From contig NIVC01000180.1 in NCBI GenBank assembly GCA_002269645.1, positions 372,001 to 436,000 of the forward strand: a DNA stretch of 64,000 nucleotides, read 5' to 3'. Below, piece after piece: positions 1 to 12,390 of the stretch. Under the pieces are notes generated by a model. The model did not search any database and was not told the origin of the DNA. It saw only the letters and a list, made by a program, of their open reading frames with translations. Source of the stretch: Macrostomum lignano. Taxonomy: Eukaryota. Position numbers and translations under genes: made by a program. Within the stretch, counting starts at the first letter, position 1. Every line of letters starts with the position of its first letter.

Positions 1-234
1 ATGATGATCATGATGATGTTGATAATGATGATCATGATGATGATGGTGATGATGATCATGATGATGGTGATCATGATGATGATGGTGATGATGATCATGA
101 TGATGATGGTGATGATGATCATGATGATGGTGATCATGGTGATGATGATCATGATGATGGTGATCATGATGATGATGGTGATGATGATCATGATGATGGT
201 GATCATGGTGATGATGATCATGATGATGTTGATA

Positions 235-280
<46 letters not shown>
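1..280. repeat. (ATG)n / (GAT)n imperfect trinucleotide microsatellite, truncated by window start
   Basis: Near-continuous ATG repeat with ATC/GTG/TTG variants; the poly-Met ORF 1..321 is a by-product. Confidence 0.95.
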
Positions 281-839
281 GGACTCAGCCTCCGAACTCG
301 CAATTGAAGTTCAGTAAATGATAAAGTTTAAAAATGGTGATTAGAGATCATATCTGAAGTTAAATGTATTTTTTGAAACTAATGCTGGACTTGCGAGTAC
401 AGCGTCCTTGTACTTTAGAGTTGTCCGTGATGCAGTGTTGTGGAAACTTGAGTTTATTCCCCTAACAACAAAGGCTCGCTGCGCATTAATTCCGTTTTTG
501 TTTCTTAGAAAAGCCGCGCAAGTCCCTGCCGAGCATTTACCGTATCCCGCTGTTTGCAATATTCGGCTCTATAAACATTTTAAACAACTTCCAAATCATT
601 AAAATTGGTTGTTTTGCAAATATTAATTAGACACTTTGACCGCTTGGAGCTGTTCATCGAATGCTTTAATAACAATGTGTAAGAAATATTATATAATACT
701 AGCACAATACACTTTTTGCTATCCAGTCTGATCGAACTGCCGCTTCTGTGGATTGAAAGTACCGTTTCGAATTTTGTTTCGTTTGGGCTGACGTTTTTAT
801 TATTTCCGGCCCTTTAAACAGATCCCGGCTGAAGCACAT

Positions 840-1760
840 GTAGCTCCCGAAATTCGGAATCCCACAATCCTGAATTCTTGAATCCTATCCTGCATTTCTG
901 AATCCAATCCCAAATTTCCGAATTATACAATCCCGAATTTCCGAATCCTATAATACTTAATTTCCGAATCCTACAATTCTGAATTTCGGAATCCACCCCG
1001 AATTTTCGAATTATACAATCCCGAATTTCTGATCCTACAATACTGAATTTCCGAATCCAATCCTGAATTTCTAAATCCAATCCCGAATTTTCAAATGCAA
1101 TCCTGAATTTTGGAATTCAATTCCGAATTTCCGAATTATACGATCCTTAATTTCCGAATCCTAAATCCGGAATTTCCAAATCCTACAATCCTGCAATCAG
1201 CAGTACTGCAATCATGAATTTCGGAATCCTGCAATCCAGAATTTCTGAATCAGACATGTAAAATTCTGAATTTCCAAATCCCACAATCCTGAATTTCCAA
1301 ATCCCACAATCCTGAATTTCCGAATCCTACAATCCTGAATTTCCGAATCCCACAATCCTGAATTTCCGAATCCTACAATCCTGAATTTCCGAATCTCACA
1401 ATCCTGAGTTTCCGAATCCTACAATCCTGAATTTCCGAATCCTACAATCCTGAATTTCCGAATCCTACAATCCTGAATTTCCGAATCCTACAATCCTGAA
1501 TTTCCGAATCCTACAATCCTGAATTTCCGAATCCTACAATCCTGAATTTCCGAATCCTACAATCCTGAGTTTCCGAATCCTACAATCCTGAGTTTCCGAA
1601 TCCCACAATCCCGAGTTTCCGAATCCTACAATCCTGAGTTTCCGAATCCTACAATCCCGAGTTTCCGAATCCCACAATCCCGAGTTTCCGAATCCTACGA
1701 GTACAATCCCGAGTTTCCGAATCCTACAATCCTGAATTTCCGAATCTCACAATCCTGAGT
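840..1760. repeat. 23-bp minisatellite (ATCCTGAATTTCCGAATCCTACA), degenerate 5' part, regular from ~1270
   Basis: Direct reading of tandem units. Confidence 0.9.
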
Positions 1761-2400
1761 CTCCGTATTCCGAATGTCTGACTGTGTTTTGGGGGTTTCC
1801 CAACGCAGAATTCTCAAATCCGGGCCGAGATCTGATCTAAGCCGTTAATTCCTGCATCCGCCTGCCCTGAGTCGCATTGGCCATGACTTCTCATCATGAA
1901 TTCTCCACATGGCGTCCAGCTATTTACGAGTTAGTCTGCGCATGCGGAACTCACCAACCAGCCTTCCAACTGTAATCCTTTGTCTGTTAATATTTAATGC
2001 CTGCAATGCTTGCACATGCAGCGGGTCGCAGGTCACGTGAGTTTGCAGTCTGCTGTAATTAATAATCTCTCACACCTGTGTCAGGTTTTTCAGTTGCTAC
2101 ACGCGCGCCCATGCAACAAACGCACCGTGAGCTGGCGTTTCTATAGCAACATTCAGTACAATACAATATATATTTCTGTGTATACATATTATGGTTAGCA
2201 TATATATTTTAACTTAGCTATTCCTTCCATCGATAAATACATGCATTCGCGATTGTGAGAAGCGTCATCTGCAGCGATAATGTCAGAGTTTGTACAGTAA
2301 TAAGCGGTACATGTACCTGCGCGCCAGCGCTTATTCAACTCGCCAGTCAAATTAATCTTTCATCGCCTTCTCGGCTTGCCGCAGTGTCCATATAGCCAGC

Positions 2401-3126
2401 ATGCAACAGCAGCATCTGCGGCTGAGCTCTGCTGGGCATGGCAGAAAGCCGAATCATCATCAGTGGCGGCAGCACCACCAACTGCATCGGCTGCTAGAGC
2501 TGCCTGAACAGCAGCAGAGCTCGGCCATTGACAATGGGATCAGTAAACCGTCGGAGGATTTCGGAGCGGCTGGCAGCGGCGTCGGCACCGGCGGCAGCGT
2601 CCTCTGGCAGAACTTTAGCCGGAATTTCCGAAGCGCTCTGATTGAAACTCGCCTGCGGGCCAAGCGGCAGGAGGCTGCAGAGGCGCCGGAGGCAGCGGCG
2701 ACGGCGGCGACGGCATCGACGGGTCCGGATGGCACGGAGAGCTGCAGCGTTAAGAAGAGTCCCGGAGTGCAGCAGCAGCAGCTCAGGTATCAGCAGCTTC
2801 GAGCCCGCCGACGCTGGCATCTGCTGAGGCAGAACCTGGGCCGCGTGGTGCAGGCGGCGCAACAGAAAGACGACCTATCTGTCCGGATTGCTAAGCCCCA
2901 GCAACAGCAGCAGCTCACCGGCTGGGAGCTGTTCAGCCGCACCGGACCGAGAATCCGTCAGCAGCTCTACTCGCGCTACAGCTGCGGCCACGGCCGAGTG
3001 ACCGCCGCCCCCGCCGCGGTTATCGTGGACCTGCCGAGCGCTCCCGACCAGCCGATGAAAACTGTCGGCCTTCCAGCGCTGCCAACAGCGTCGCGTAGTA
3101 GGAATCGTCGAGGCAATCAGCAGTGA
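2401..3126 (+). CDS. Uncharacterised 241-aa Q/R/A-rich protein (orphan, low complexity)
   Basis: GC-rich ORF with codon style like the confirmed genes here, AT-rich flanks, acceptor-like TTGCCGCAG ending at 2384. No recognisable domain. Confidence 0.5.
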   Translation: MQQQHLRLSSAGHGRKPNHHQWRQHHQLHRLLELPEQQQSSAIDNGISKPSEDFGAAGSGVGTGGSVLWQNFSRNFRSALIETRLRAKRQEAAEAPEAAATAATASTGPDGTESCSVKKSPGVQQQQLRYQQLRARRRWHLLRQNLGRVVQAAQQKDDLSVRIAKPQQQQQLTGWELFSRTGPRIRQQLYSRYSCGHGRVTAAPAAVIVDLPSAPDQPMKTVGLPALPTASRSRNRRGNQQ

Positions 3127-3740
3127 ATTTGGGGGTAATCACGAGTAACTTCGACTCATGCTCATCAATGCTCATCGACTCGTTCTAAATTCATGAAGTT
3201 TTTTTACACCGTACATTGTAATGCAAAATGCTAAATAAGAACGCGCATTGTTAAAAGCTCTAGAAAATGATAATTCCACTAAAAACTGCCAAGCTGCGCG
3301 CCGACAGCTCTGTCTGCCTGTCTGTCTTTCCCCCTATAGTGTCAGAACTGTGGCACAGTTGGCGGGGCTCCCTACTGGCCAAAGTGCTAAGCTACTGCTA
3401 GCAATTTCTCACTCGCTCTTGCTCTGCAAGTGGCACACTGGCGGCAGCTGAGGGCGAACGCATTGTACAAGAGCTGCTGCTGCACTGCTATTCGGCGGGC
3501 AGCCTGTTAAGGCACTCTATAGAAAATGAAAATGTCTACTTAGCAACGGGTCTCTCTCCGATCTTTTTCTACACCTTTCTATCACTTACTCTAAGTCTTA
3601 GTCCGAGTATTTTTGCCTACTCAACTTCAAGCTCAACTTCATCGAAACGAGAAACTGTTTCGAGTAGATTAAACTGAAAGCTAGCGGCGAGGCTTTTGAA
3701 AAAGTCACTGAGAATCAAGGTCAACATATAACTGGGCAAA

Positions 3741-6631
3741 ATGGACGGAGAAGCAGTGGAAGCTGCTCAAGAAACAGCAGTTGAAGAAGCAACCGAAGGA
3801 GCAGCCGAAGAAGCGGGTGAAGCAGCAGATGAAGCAGCTGAAGCAGCTGAAGAATCAGCTGAAGAAACAGGTGAAGCAGCTGAAGAAGCAGCTGAAGAAA
3901 CAGGTGAAGCAGCTGAAGAAGCAGCTGAAGAAACAGGTGAAGCAGCTGAAGAAGCAGCTGAAGAAACAGGTGAAGCAGCTGAAGAAGCAGCTGAAGAAAC
4001 AGGTGAAGCAGCTGAAGAAGCAGCTGAAGCAGCAGAAGAAGCAGATAAAGCAGCTGAAGAAGCAGCTGAAGAAGCAGGTGAAGCGGCTGAAGAAGCAGGT
4101 GAAATAGCCGAAGAAGCAGCTGAAGAAGCAGATGAAGCAGCCGAAGAAGCAGCTGAAGAAGCAGGTGAAGAAGCAGGTGAAGCGGCTAAAGAAGCAGCCG
4201 AAGAAGCAGCTGAAGAAGCAGGTGAAGCAGCTGAAGAAGCAGCTGAAGAAACAGGTGAAGCAGCTGAAGCAGCTGAAGAAGCAGCTGAAGCAGCTGAAGC
4301 AGCTGAAGAAGCAGGTGAAGCAGCCGAAGAAGCAGCTGAAGCAGCTGAAGAAGCAGCTGAAGAAGCAGCTGAAGCAGCTGAAGAAGCAGCTGAAGCAGCC
4401 GAAGAAGCAGCTGAAGAAGCAGGTGAGAAAGGTGATGGGAACAGGAGGTCAAGCAGGATCATAGCGATAACAAAACGAAGATTAGATATGATTTTATGAT
4501 TTTATTATAATTTTATTAAAGGAAATTAGGAAAAGTAAAAACACTAGGGATTAAAAGTGAAGCTCCACATCGCCATCAATTCTCCCCTCACCCCCGCCCG
4601 ACCGCAGAGCCGCCCCCGGACTACGAGGTCACCCGGGCGCGCATCGACGAGCTGAACGCCCAGCTGGAGATCGAGCCGCTGCCGGAGGAGGAGACCCAGC
4701 GTAGGCCGACGCGAATCCGCTTCCAGGAAGGGACGAACAGCTTTGAAGTGCCGGAGCACTACCACGAGGCGCTTTCAGCAGCGGGCGTGTCGGCGGAGGA
4801 AGCGAAGAAGTACTATCGTACATTCAAGCTATTCGACGCGGATAGATCCAACAGCATCGATGCCGGAGAGCTTTACAGTTGTCTGCAGGTTTCAGGCCAG
4901 GTGAGAGTGCAGTTGGAGCTTACCTATGCTCGTAGCCTAGCGTGTGGGTGTGCTCAGGTTACGGATATTCGTAATTCTCTCTCTTCTGTCTGAAGTTGTC
5001 CCCGAAAACCTGACCAACCAACGCCAACAATCCATGACTTCCACCAGGCACCGGAAAGCCAGGAGGAAATCCAGCAGATGCTGTCGGAGAGCGACACGGA
5101 CGCCAGCGGCAGCGTGGAATTTGTGGAATTCGCCTCGCTGATGTCGCGTCTTTGCAAGCCGGAGGCGGACGTGCGCCAGCAGCTGGTGAGCAGCTTCCAG
5201 GTGTTTGACAAAGACCAGAGCGGCTACTTGGACCGGGAGGAGCTGCGCGACGCCATCTACAGCATGGGGCCGGTGGAGCTTTCCGAGGAGGAGTTCGACG
5301 AACTGCTCAGCGCTGTGGACAAGAACGGAGACGGCCGTATCGACTATGAAGGTGAATTTTAGTGCGCAAGAACACCTTGCTTGCATTGCATTTGTACGCA
5401 AAATAAAAGTTCGAGTAAGAATATAGGCTGGTCTAGTTTGTGCATTCAATTGATTTCTCTTCAGAGTTTGCCGCGATTCTTTTAACTGACATCAATCAGC
5501 TGATTCAGACTACAAAAGAAGAGATGCAACGGAAAGGGTGAGATTTTAATAGAAATTTATTTTTTGAAAAGTGACCATGGCTTTATACTTGTAGTTTAAA
5601 GTACGAGTACGCTCTTTTGCAGGCATCCAGCACACCCGGAACATCCTGAGCACCCTGAGCATCCTGAGCATCCAGACCAACCAGACAAAGAGAAAAGTCG
5701 CGGGAATGGAAGGAAGGGGGCTGGAGCAGCTGCAGTTTCAATCTCTAGGTCTGGTGGAGCTGAAGGAGCTGATGCCGCGACTATAGGTGAAGCTCCAGTG
5801 GAGGAACCATCAGCTGAAGAAGAACCACCCATTGAGGAACCTCCTGCTGAAGAGCCGCCAGCTGAAGAGCCACCGGCTGAAGAGCCACCAGCCCAAGAAC
5901 CACCAGCTGAAGAACCACCAGCTGAAGAACCACCAGCTGAAGAACCACCAGCTGAAGAACCACCAGCTGAAGAACCACCAGCTGAAGAACCACCAGCTGA
6001 AGAACCACCAGCTGAAGAACCACCAGCTGAAGAACCACCAGCTGAAGAACCACCAGCTGAAGAAGAACCACCAGCTGAAGAACCACCAGCTGAAGAACCA
6101 CCAGCTGAAGAACCACCAGCTGAAGAACCACCAGCTGAAGAACCACCGGCTGAAGAACCACCAGCTGAAGAACCACCAGCTGAAGAACCACCAGCTGACG
6201 AAGAACCACCAGCTGAAAAAGATCCACATCTTGAGGAAAAACCAGTTGAAGCACCGCAAAGTCAGGAACCACATGTTGTACCCGCTGGGCAACCAGGTGT
6301 TTTTGTTTCTGTACAGCCAGGTGCTGTGCAAGTTGAACGGCCAGTGGTGGTACCAGCAAATCAGCAATCGGATGAGAAATCGCATGCCTCAGGTGGCATC
6401 CAACTTCAATTCAATGCTGGGGATGATTCACAAAAGCGGAATCAAGTACAGGCCGATGTGAAACAGAAGGACGCTCATGGTCAGCATCAAGTTAAAATTA
6501 AAAGACAGTCTGCCAAGTCTCGAGATGACCGATCTAGGCAGTCATCCGGTGATAGCTTCAAATCAGGCTCTCGGAAGTCGGCATCAAAGCCAAATTCAAA
6601 ATCAGGTGGCGGTTCCAGTGACTCAGATTAA
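3741..6631 (+). CDS. Calmodulin-like 4xEF-hand protein with N-terminal Ala/Glu repeat, HPE repeat and C-terminal (EEPPA)n; ~786 aa; exons 3741-4422, 4608-4900, 5048-5351, 5465-5537, 5623-6631
   Basis: All four introns are GT..AG with consistent phases (1,0,1,2); total 2361 nt = 787 codons including stop. Four canonical EF loops: DADRSNSIDAGE, DTDASGSVEFVE, DKDQSGYLDREE, DKNGDGRIDYEE. Confidence 0.8.
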
Positions 6632-8119
6632 ATAGTTTTGAGAAAAAATGTACGGTAAAACAGTGAGCGCTGTTTCTTAATGCGCCAATATTTATGAGAC
6701 TAAGAATTTAGTTTTTTGAGGACTCAGATATAATTAAAGCGCTTTATGATCTTTAATCCAACCGAGAAGCCAAAACACAGTTAAAATACGTATGGCTTTT
6801 CTTCAAAGCATCGCTCTGTTACATTTTAGCGGCTAAATACTCAAACATTCTGTGTGCTGATAAAATTGCTTGTTATACATGTACATTAATTTGGGTCAGA
6901 GCTGTATAAATTTTTACTAAAAATGATATTGTCTGTTTATTTTAACTTTTTTGATAAATTTGTTGAGATAGTCTTTACCTTAATGGAATGAAAACTGATA
7001 AGTTAACTCTTATGGCTTTTTGAATAGCTTTTAAAAAGGAACTAATTTTACGCAACACCGGAACAACGATTGTTGTCATGGTAATTTGTTTAACTATGCA
7101 GAGACATATTTAACGTTGAAAAATGAGCTAATTTTGCAAAGGGTGTGCACTGCTCTGAAAACATTTTTGCACTATTGAATGCTTTCTTGCTGGTAGCTTA
7201 CTTCTTGTTGTTGGCATTTTTTAAAAAATGCAACAAAAATGACGCACAAACTAATAACATACAAATAAACTATCATTAAAATAATAGCGTTGGCATCACT
7301 TTTAAATGAAAACCTGCCAAATAAGTCAATGACAAGTAGTCATAGGGATTCAAAGGATTTTTCACTGCAGTACGATTGCAATCACTCATTGATCTTCATC
7401 TATGCTTAATAAATAGTTTTATACTAGTTTTGATTAGGTGAATATAATACGAGTAGAATAAAATAAAAATATAATAGGTGTGCATTTTTTAATTCGAGAC
7501 AGTACCTTATTACAACAAAAAGAACAGACTTTGAAGCTAGGATGAAAGCAAAGCTGTAATTCTAAATAACAAATATGTTGATCTATCAATTTTCTAAATA
7601 TTTTGTTCTTATAATAATTTCCAGTGACTAAGTCCAATCAGATGTCTATTAAATATTCTGAGTGCTGATTCACTGCCATGTCATTGAATGGATTTCACAT
7701 ATATATATATATATGTATATTTACTCCTGTACATAGTGTTCTTTTTTTACTAGAAAACTTTAGCAAAAAATATTAAAATATTACTTATATTACTTACGAG
7801 ATATGAATAAACAATTAGATAAATTATTTGCTATCAGTTTAAAGAAAATATCATTGAAGTCTTTTTTTATTATTTAGGTAATAATTTTTTCAAGTAAACA
7901 TTGCAGAACAGATAAAACTTTTTTTATTCTTAAAAATACCATCTAGAACTTGGTAATCTGTTATCTGTTGAGTCCAGAAGGTTATTGTAAATTATAGCAA
8001 AGTGACTAACACATTGTTTTGATATTGAAATTTCAGCTCAAAATCAATTTTTTGAACTGTTTTTTAACCAAAACATATTCCAGACCGCCGAGCCCCAGCA
8101 GCCGCCCCCATCGGCAGGC

Positions 8120-10741
8120 ATGCCGCAGACCGGAGAGTCCGACGACTTCGGCATGCGAGACGATCAGCGCGCCGCCATGGCGGAGCTCGAGCGGCTGCAG
8201 AGCACCAGGCCGGAGGACTGGAACGGTGAGTAGCGCTTCCTTGGCTGCGTGCGACTTACATTTGAATTTTTTAAGATTTTCATCGCATTTTGAGCACCGC
8301 CGCCCCGCACCCCGCAATTCCGCATTGCAGAGGAAAAGGACGCGGAGTTCTTGCAGCTGCTCATGGGTGAGTCTGCGAGTCGATCCGGTCTCGAGCAGAG
8401 GTCGAGCAGGATCATAGCGGTAGCAAAACTAGAATTAGATATGATTTTCAGCTTCAGCTTTGAGGGGTTGGCCCTCATGGGCACGAGATGCAAGACAAAC
8501 CCGTTGCATTACTGCTGTGAGCTACTCAGCTCCTTGATGTACTCGTGGAAGCTTTTTTCAAGTATTTTGAGAACGTTAAACAGAGAGGCACGGCAGTTTC
8601 CATATCCTCTCAGTGTAATTCCAAGAAATAGTCAGGGGCGTCGCCACAAGGGACAGGGGGAGATGTCCCCCAAGTGAAAGCTATGGGGGACATGCCAATG
8701 GTTTGTCCCCTCCGCCCCACCTTGTGACCCCGTTATGGAAATCAACAATTTTGCTTCAGGGCGCCGCAATAATCGTCTGCGGCGCCGAAATGAGTGTCTG
8801 CGGCGCCGAAATGAGTGTCTGCGGCGCCGAAATGAGTGTCTGCGGCGCCGAAATGAGTGTCTGCGGCGCCGAAATGAGTGTCTGCGGCGCCGAAATGAGT
8901 GTCTGCGGCGCCGAAATGAGTGTCTGCGGCGCCAAAAAATATAGGACTTTATTCATGGTAGAATTCTTGGCTTTGCCCCCTCACCATAAAATCCATGATG
9001 ACGGCCAAGGCAATTTTCGGAGAATTTAAACCGAAAACGTTAAAAGCTAATCATTAAAGGTGAAGCTGCACATCGCAAACGATTCTCCTCCAACCCGCCC
9101 GGCCGCAGAGCCGCCCCCGGACTACGAGGTCACCCGGGCGCGCATCGACGAGCTGAACGCCCAGCTGGAGAGCGAGCCGCTGCCAGAGATGGAGGCCCAG
9201 CGTAGGCCGACGCGAATCTGCTTCAGCGAGAATCTCGTCAGCGTGGCGCCCGAGCCCGAGCCGCCGGCTGGTGAGCTGCACGAGGACACGAGCGACGAGG
9301 AGGAGGACAGTGAAGAGGAACAGCAGCAGCAGCAGCAGCAAGAAAGTGGCGATGCGGACGGGCTGGGCGAAATGCCGCAACCGGCCGCCAACCAAGACGA
9401 TGTTGATGAAGCACCACCTTCCAGATTGCCTCCCGCCACCACTGCTGAGCAGCAACAACAGCAGAAGCCGCAGCAAGAGAAAGAAGCATCACAGAAGGTT
9501 GTCGTTGTAAACGGCGGTCGGATTCGGTTCGTCGACAGCTCCGACTTCGAGGCGAAGAACTCGCCGTCGCCCAGGCCGGCAAGTCGGCGCCCGAAATCAG
9601 CCGCCGCCTCCGAGTCCCGCCGGCAACCGCAGGCGCAGCAGCAGCCGCAGTCCCAGCGCCGGAAGAACCGGCAGCAGGCGGCCGCTCGGCCGACCAGCGC
9701 CCCGCAGGCCTCCTTCAGCAGGCAGCAGCAGCAGGAGGAGCAGCAGAGGCTCGAGCTGCAGCAGCCGCAGCAGCAGCACAGCCGCGAGGAGAACGAGGCC
9801 GCCTTCCAGGCCTGGCTGGCCAAGAAGCGTCGGGAACGCGGTGGCAGCGGGCGAAAGTCGTCCGCCTCAACATCTGGCGGCGGCGGCGGCTCGAAGGCGG
9901 AGGACAGCGAGGCCGCCTTCCAGGCCTGGCTGATCCGCAAGCGGCAACAGTCGGAGGCGGAGCAGCGCCGAGCGGAGGCGGCGCGCCGCGCCGAGACTGA
10001 TCGGCGCCGGGACGCAGCGGCCGAGCGCGACGGCGTCAGCTTCGAGCGCTGGCTGGAGGCGAAGCGGGCGCAGCTCCGCCGCGAGGCCGACCTGCAGCAG
10101 CGGCGGCGGACGGAAGAAGACCCGCCGCCTGAGGCGATCCACTCGCCGGAGGAGTGTCGCAAGGCATTCAGGAGGTGAGTCGCGGGCCTGGAGCAAGGGA
10201 GGTCCTGGAGCCCCCGTTCTGCTGACCCCTGGAGGGCTGACACGTCTCGGCGAGTCGCCAGCAGCTGCGTAATCCCTACCTGAGATTACCCACCTGAGGC
10301 TACCCACTTGAGGTTACCCACCTGAGATTACCCACCTGAAGTTACGCACCTGAGGTTAACCACCTGAGATTACCCACCTGAGGTTACCCACCTGAGGTTA
10401 CCCACCTGAGGTTACCCACCTGAGATTACCCACCTGAAGTTACCCATCTGTAATTAGCCACCTCAAGGTAACCTGAGGTCAGTTACTCTGGTTAGTTCAC
10501 AGAGTTAAAAGCGCTGGTGGCACAGTCCAGAGTTCGAATCCTAGTCCATCCCGAACCCCCCCACCCCGCCAGCTGGCTCAAGAGGAAGGAAGAGCAGCGC
10601 CGCCAGGAGGAGAAGCTGGAGCGCCAGAGGGCGCGCATCACTCGCCTGGCGCTGCGCCGCTCACGCAAGTCGCAGGCCCTGGCCAGCGCGTTGCTGGCCG
10701 CAAACTCCTACAGGTACATGGACTACTATGGTTATCGATAG
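8120..10741 (+). CDS. CCDC181: Coiled-coil domain-containing protein 181-like; exons 8120-8225 (frame open back to acceptor at 8084), 8331-8366, 9109-10174, 10573-10741
   Basis: GT..AG introns, phases 1,1,2; 1377 nt = 459 codons. Motifs recalled from CCDC181: EVTRARIDELNAQLESEP..RICFSENLVSV, VVVVNGGRIRFVDSSD, repeated AFQAWLxKK, C-terminal RLALRRSRK..YRYMDYYGY. Confidence 0.8.
8633..9010. mobile_element. Probable non-autonomous DNA element in CCDC181 intron 2, with 7.5 x 21-bp repeat (GTCTGCGGCGCCGAAATGAGT, 8775-8933)
   Basis: Starts CAGGGGCGTCGCCA; internal 10-bp inverted repeat ATGTCCCCCA/TGGGGGACAT (8663-8693); only a weak terminal match at ~8997-9010. Confidence 0.4.
10275..10470. repeat. 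14-bp minisatellite (CACCTGAGGTTACC) in CCDC181 intron 3
   Basis: Direct reading of tandem units. Confidence 0.9.
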
Positions 10742-11139
10742 ATAGTTTTTCATGATAACAACTGGACTGGCGACTTGGGTTTGAGCTGCAACTCAGGCTG
10801 TAAAGCTGTCCGATTGCAAACTGCCAGCTCATCCTGCAACTCTTGCAGATTTGTTTGCTCCTAGAAGATTTCTGATTTTATTTCTATTTTTCTTTTTGAC
10901 TATATAATTTTGGCAATCAGTGCTTAGCCCATGATATTTTCCTTCTTTGTAGGCTCTTTTACCTGTTGATTTATAAATGCTACTCAGATTTATTGTTTGC
11001 TTCACGGATTCTAAACTCGCATATCAGCACTTGTCTCTGCGGCTCTGTGCGCTTTTATATGACCCACGCACTGACTTTTGTGAGCTGCCTGTCCTCTGCT
11101 TGCGATCCTCTTCTCAATCTCCAATTCTGTCACTGCCCT

Positions 11140-12390
11140 GTCACTCTCTCCGCCTTCTGCCTCTTCGCTCACTGTCACACTCTCTCCGCTCTTTGTCACT
11201 CTCTGTCCGCTCTCTGTCACTCTCTCTCTCCGCTCTCTGTCACTCTCTCTCCGCTCTCTGTCACACTCCCTCCGCTCTCTGCCACACTCTCTCCGGTCTC
11301 CGCCACACTCTCTCCACCCTCTGTCACACTCTCTGTCCGCTCACTGTCACACTCTCTCCGCTCTCTGTCACACTCCCTCCGCTCTCTGTCACACTCCCTC
11401 CGCTCTCTGCCACACTCTCTCCGGTCTCCACCACACTCTCTCCACCCTCTGCCCCACTCTCTCCGCTCTGTCACTCTCTCTCCGCTCTCTGTCACTCTCT
11501 CCGCTCTCTGTCACTCTCTCTCTCCGCTCTTTGTCACGCTCTCTCCGCTCTCTGCCCCACTCTCTCCGCTCTCTGTCACTCTCTCTCTCCGCTCTTTGTC
11601 ACGCTCTCTCCGCTCTCTGCCCCACTCTCTCCGCTCTCTGTCACTCTCTCCGCTCTCTGTCACTCTCTCCGCTCTCTGTCACTCTCTCTCTCCGCTCTCT
11701 GTCACTCTCTCCGCTCTCTGTCACTCTCTCCGCTCTCTGTCACTCTCTCCGCTCTCTGTCACTCTCTCCGCTCTCTGTCACTCTCTCTCTCCGCTCTCTG
11801 TCACTCTCTCCGCTCTCTGTCACTCTCTCTCTCCGCTCTTTGTCACACTCTCTCCGCTCTCTGTCACTCTCTCTCCGCTCTCTGTCACTCTCTCTCCGCT
11901 CTCTGTCACACTCTCTCCGCTCTTTGTCACACTCTCTCCGCTCTCTGTCACTCTCTCTCCGCTCTCTGTCACACTCTCTCCGCTCACTGTCACACTCTCT
12001 CCGCTCTCTGTCACTCTCTCTCCACCCTCTGCCCCACTCTCTCCGCCCTCTGTCACACTCTCTCCGCTCTGTCACTCTCTCTCCGCTCTCTGTCACTCTC
12101 TCTCTCCGCCCTCTGCCCCACTCTCTCCGCCCTCTGTCACTCTCTCCGCTCTCTGTCACTCTCTCCGCTCTCTGTCACTCTCTCTCTCCGCCCTCTGTCA
12201 CACTCTCTCCGCCCTCTGTCACACTCTCTCCGCCCTCTGTCACTCTCTCCGCTCTCTGTCACTCTCTCTCTCCGCCCTCTGTCACACTCTCTCCGCCCTC
12301 TGCCCCGCTCTCTCAGCCCTCTGTCACACTCCCACCACCCTCTGTCACTATCTCTCCGCTCTCTGCCACACTCTTTGCCACACTCTCTCC
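11140..12390. repeat. CT-rich variable-unit minisatellite (TCTCCGCTCTCTGTCACTC core)
   Basis: Tandem 19-23-bp variants; the long L/S/H ORFs across it are repeat artefacts. Confidence 0.95.

Noticed and set aside
1-321. Poly-Met 106-aa ORF
   Set aside because: Translation of an (ATG)n microsatellite at the window edge.
3767-4464. Alternative-frame and antisense ORFs (KKQLKKQ, ASSAA, LLQLL) over the A/E repeat, and similarly at 5781-6461
   Set aside because: Shadows of the coding repeat; only the A/E and EEPPA frames splice consistently into the EF-hand gene.
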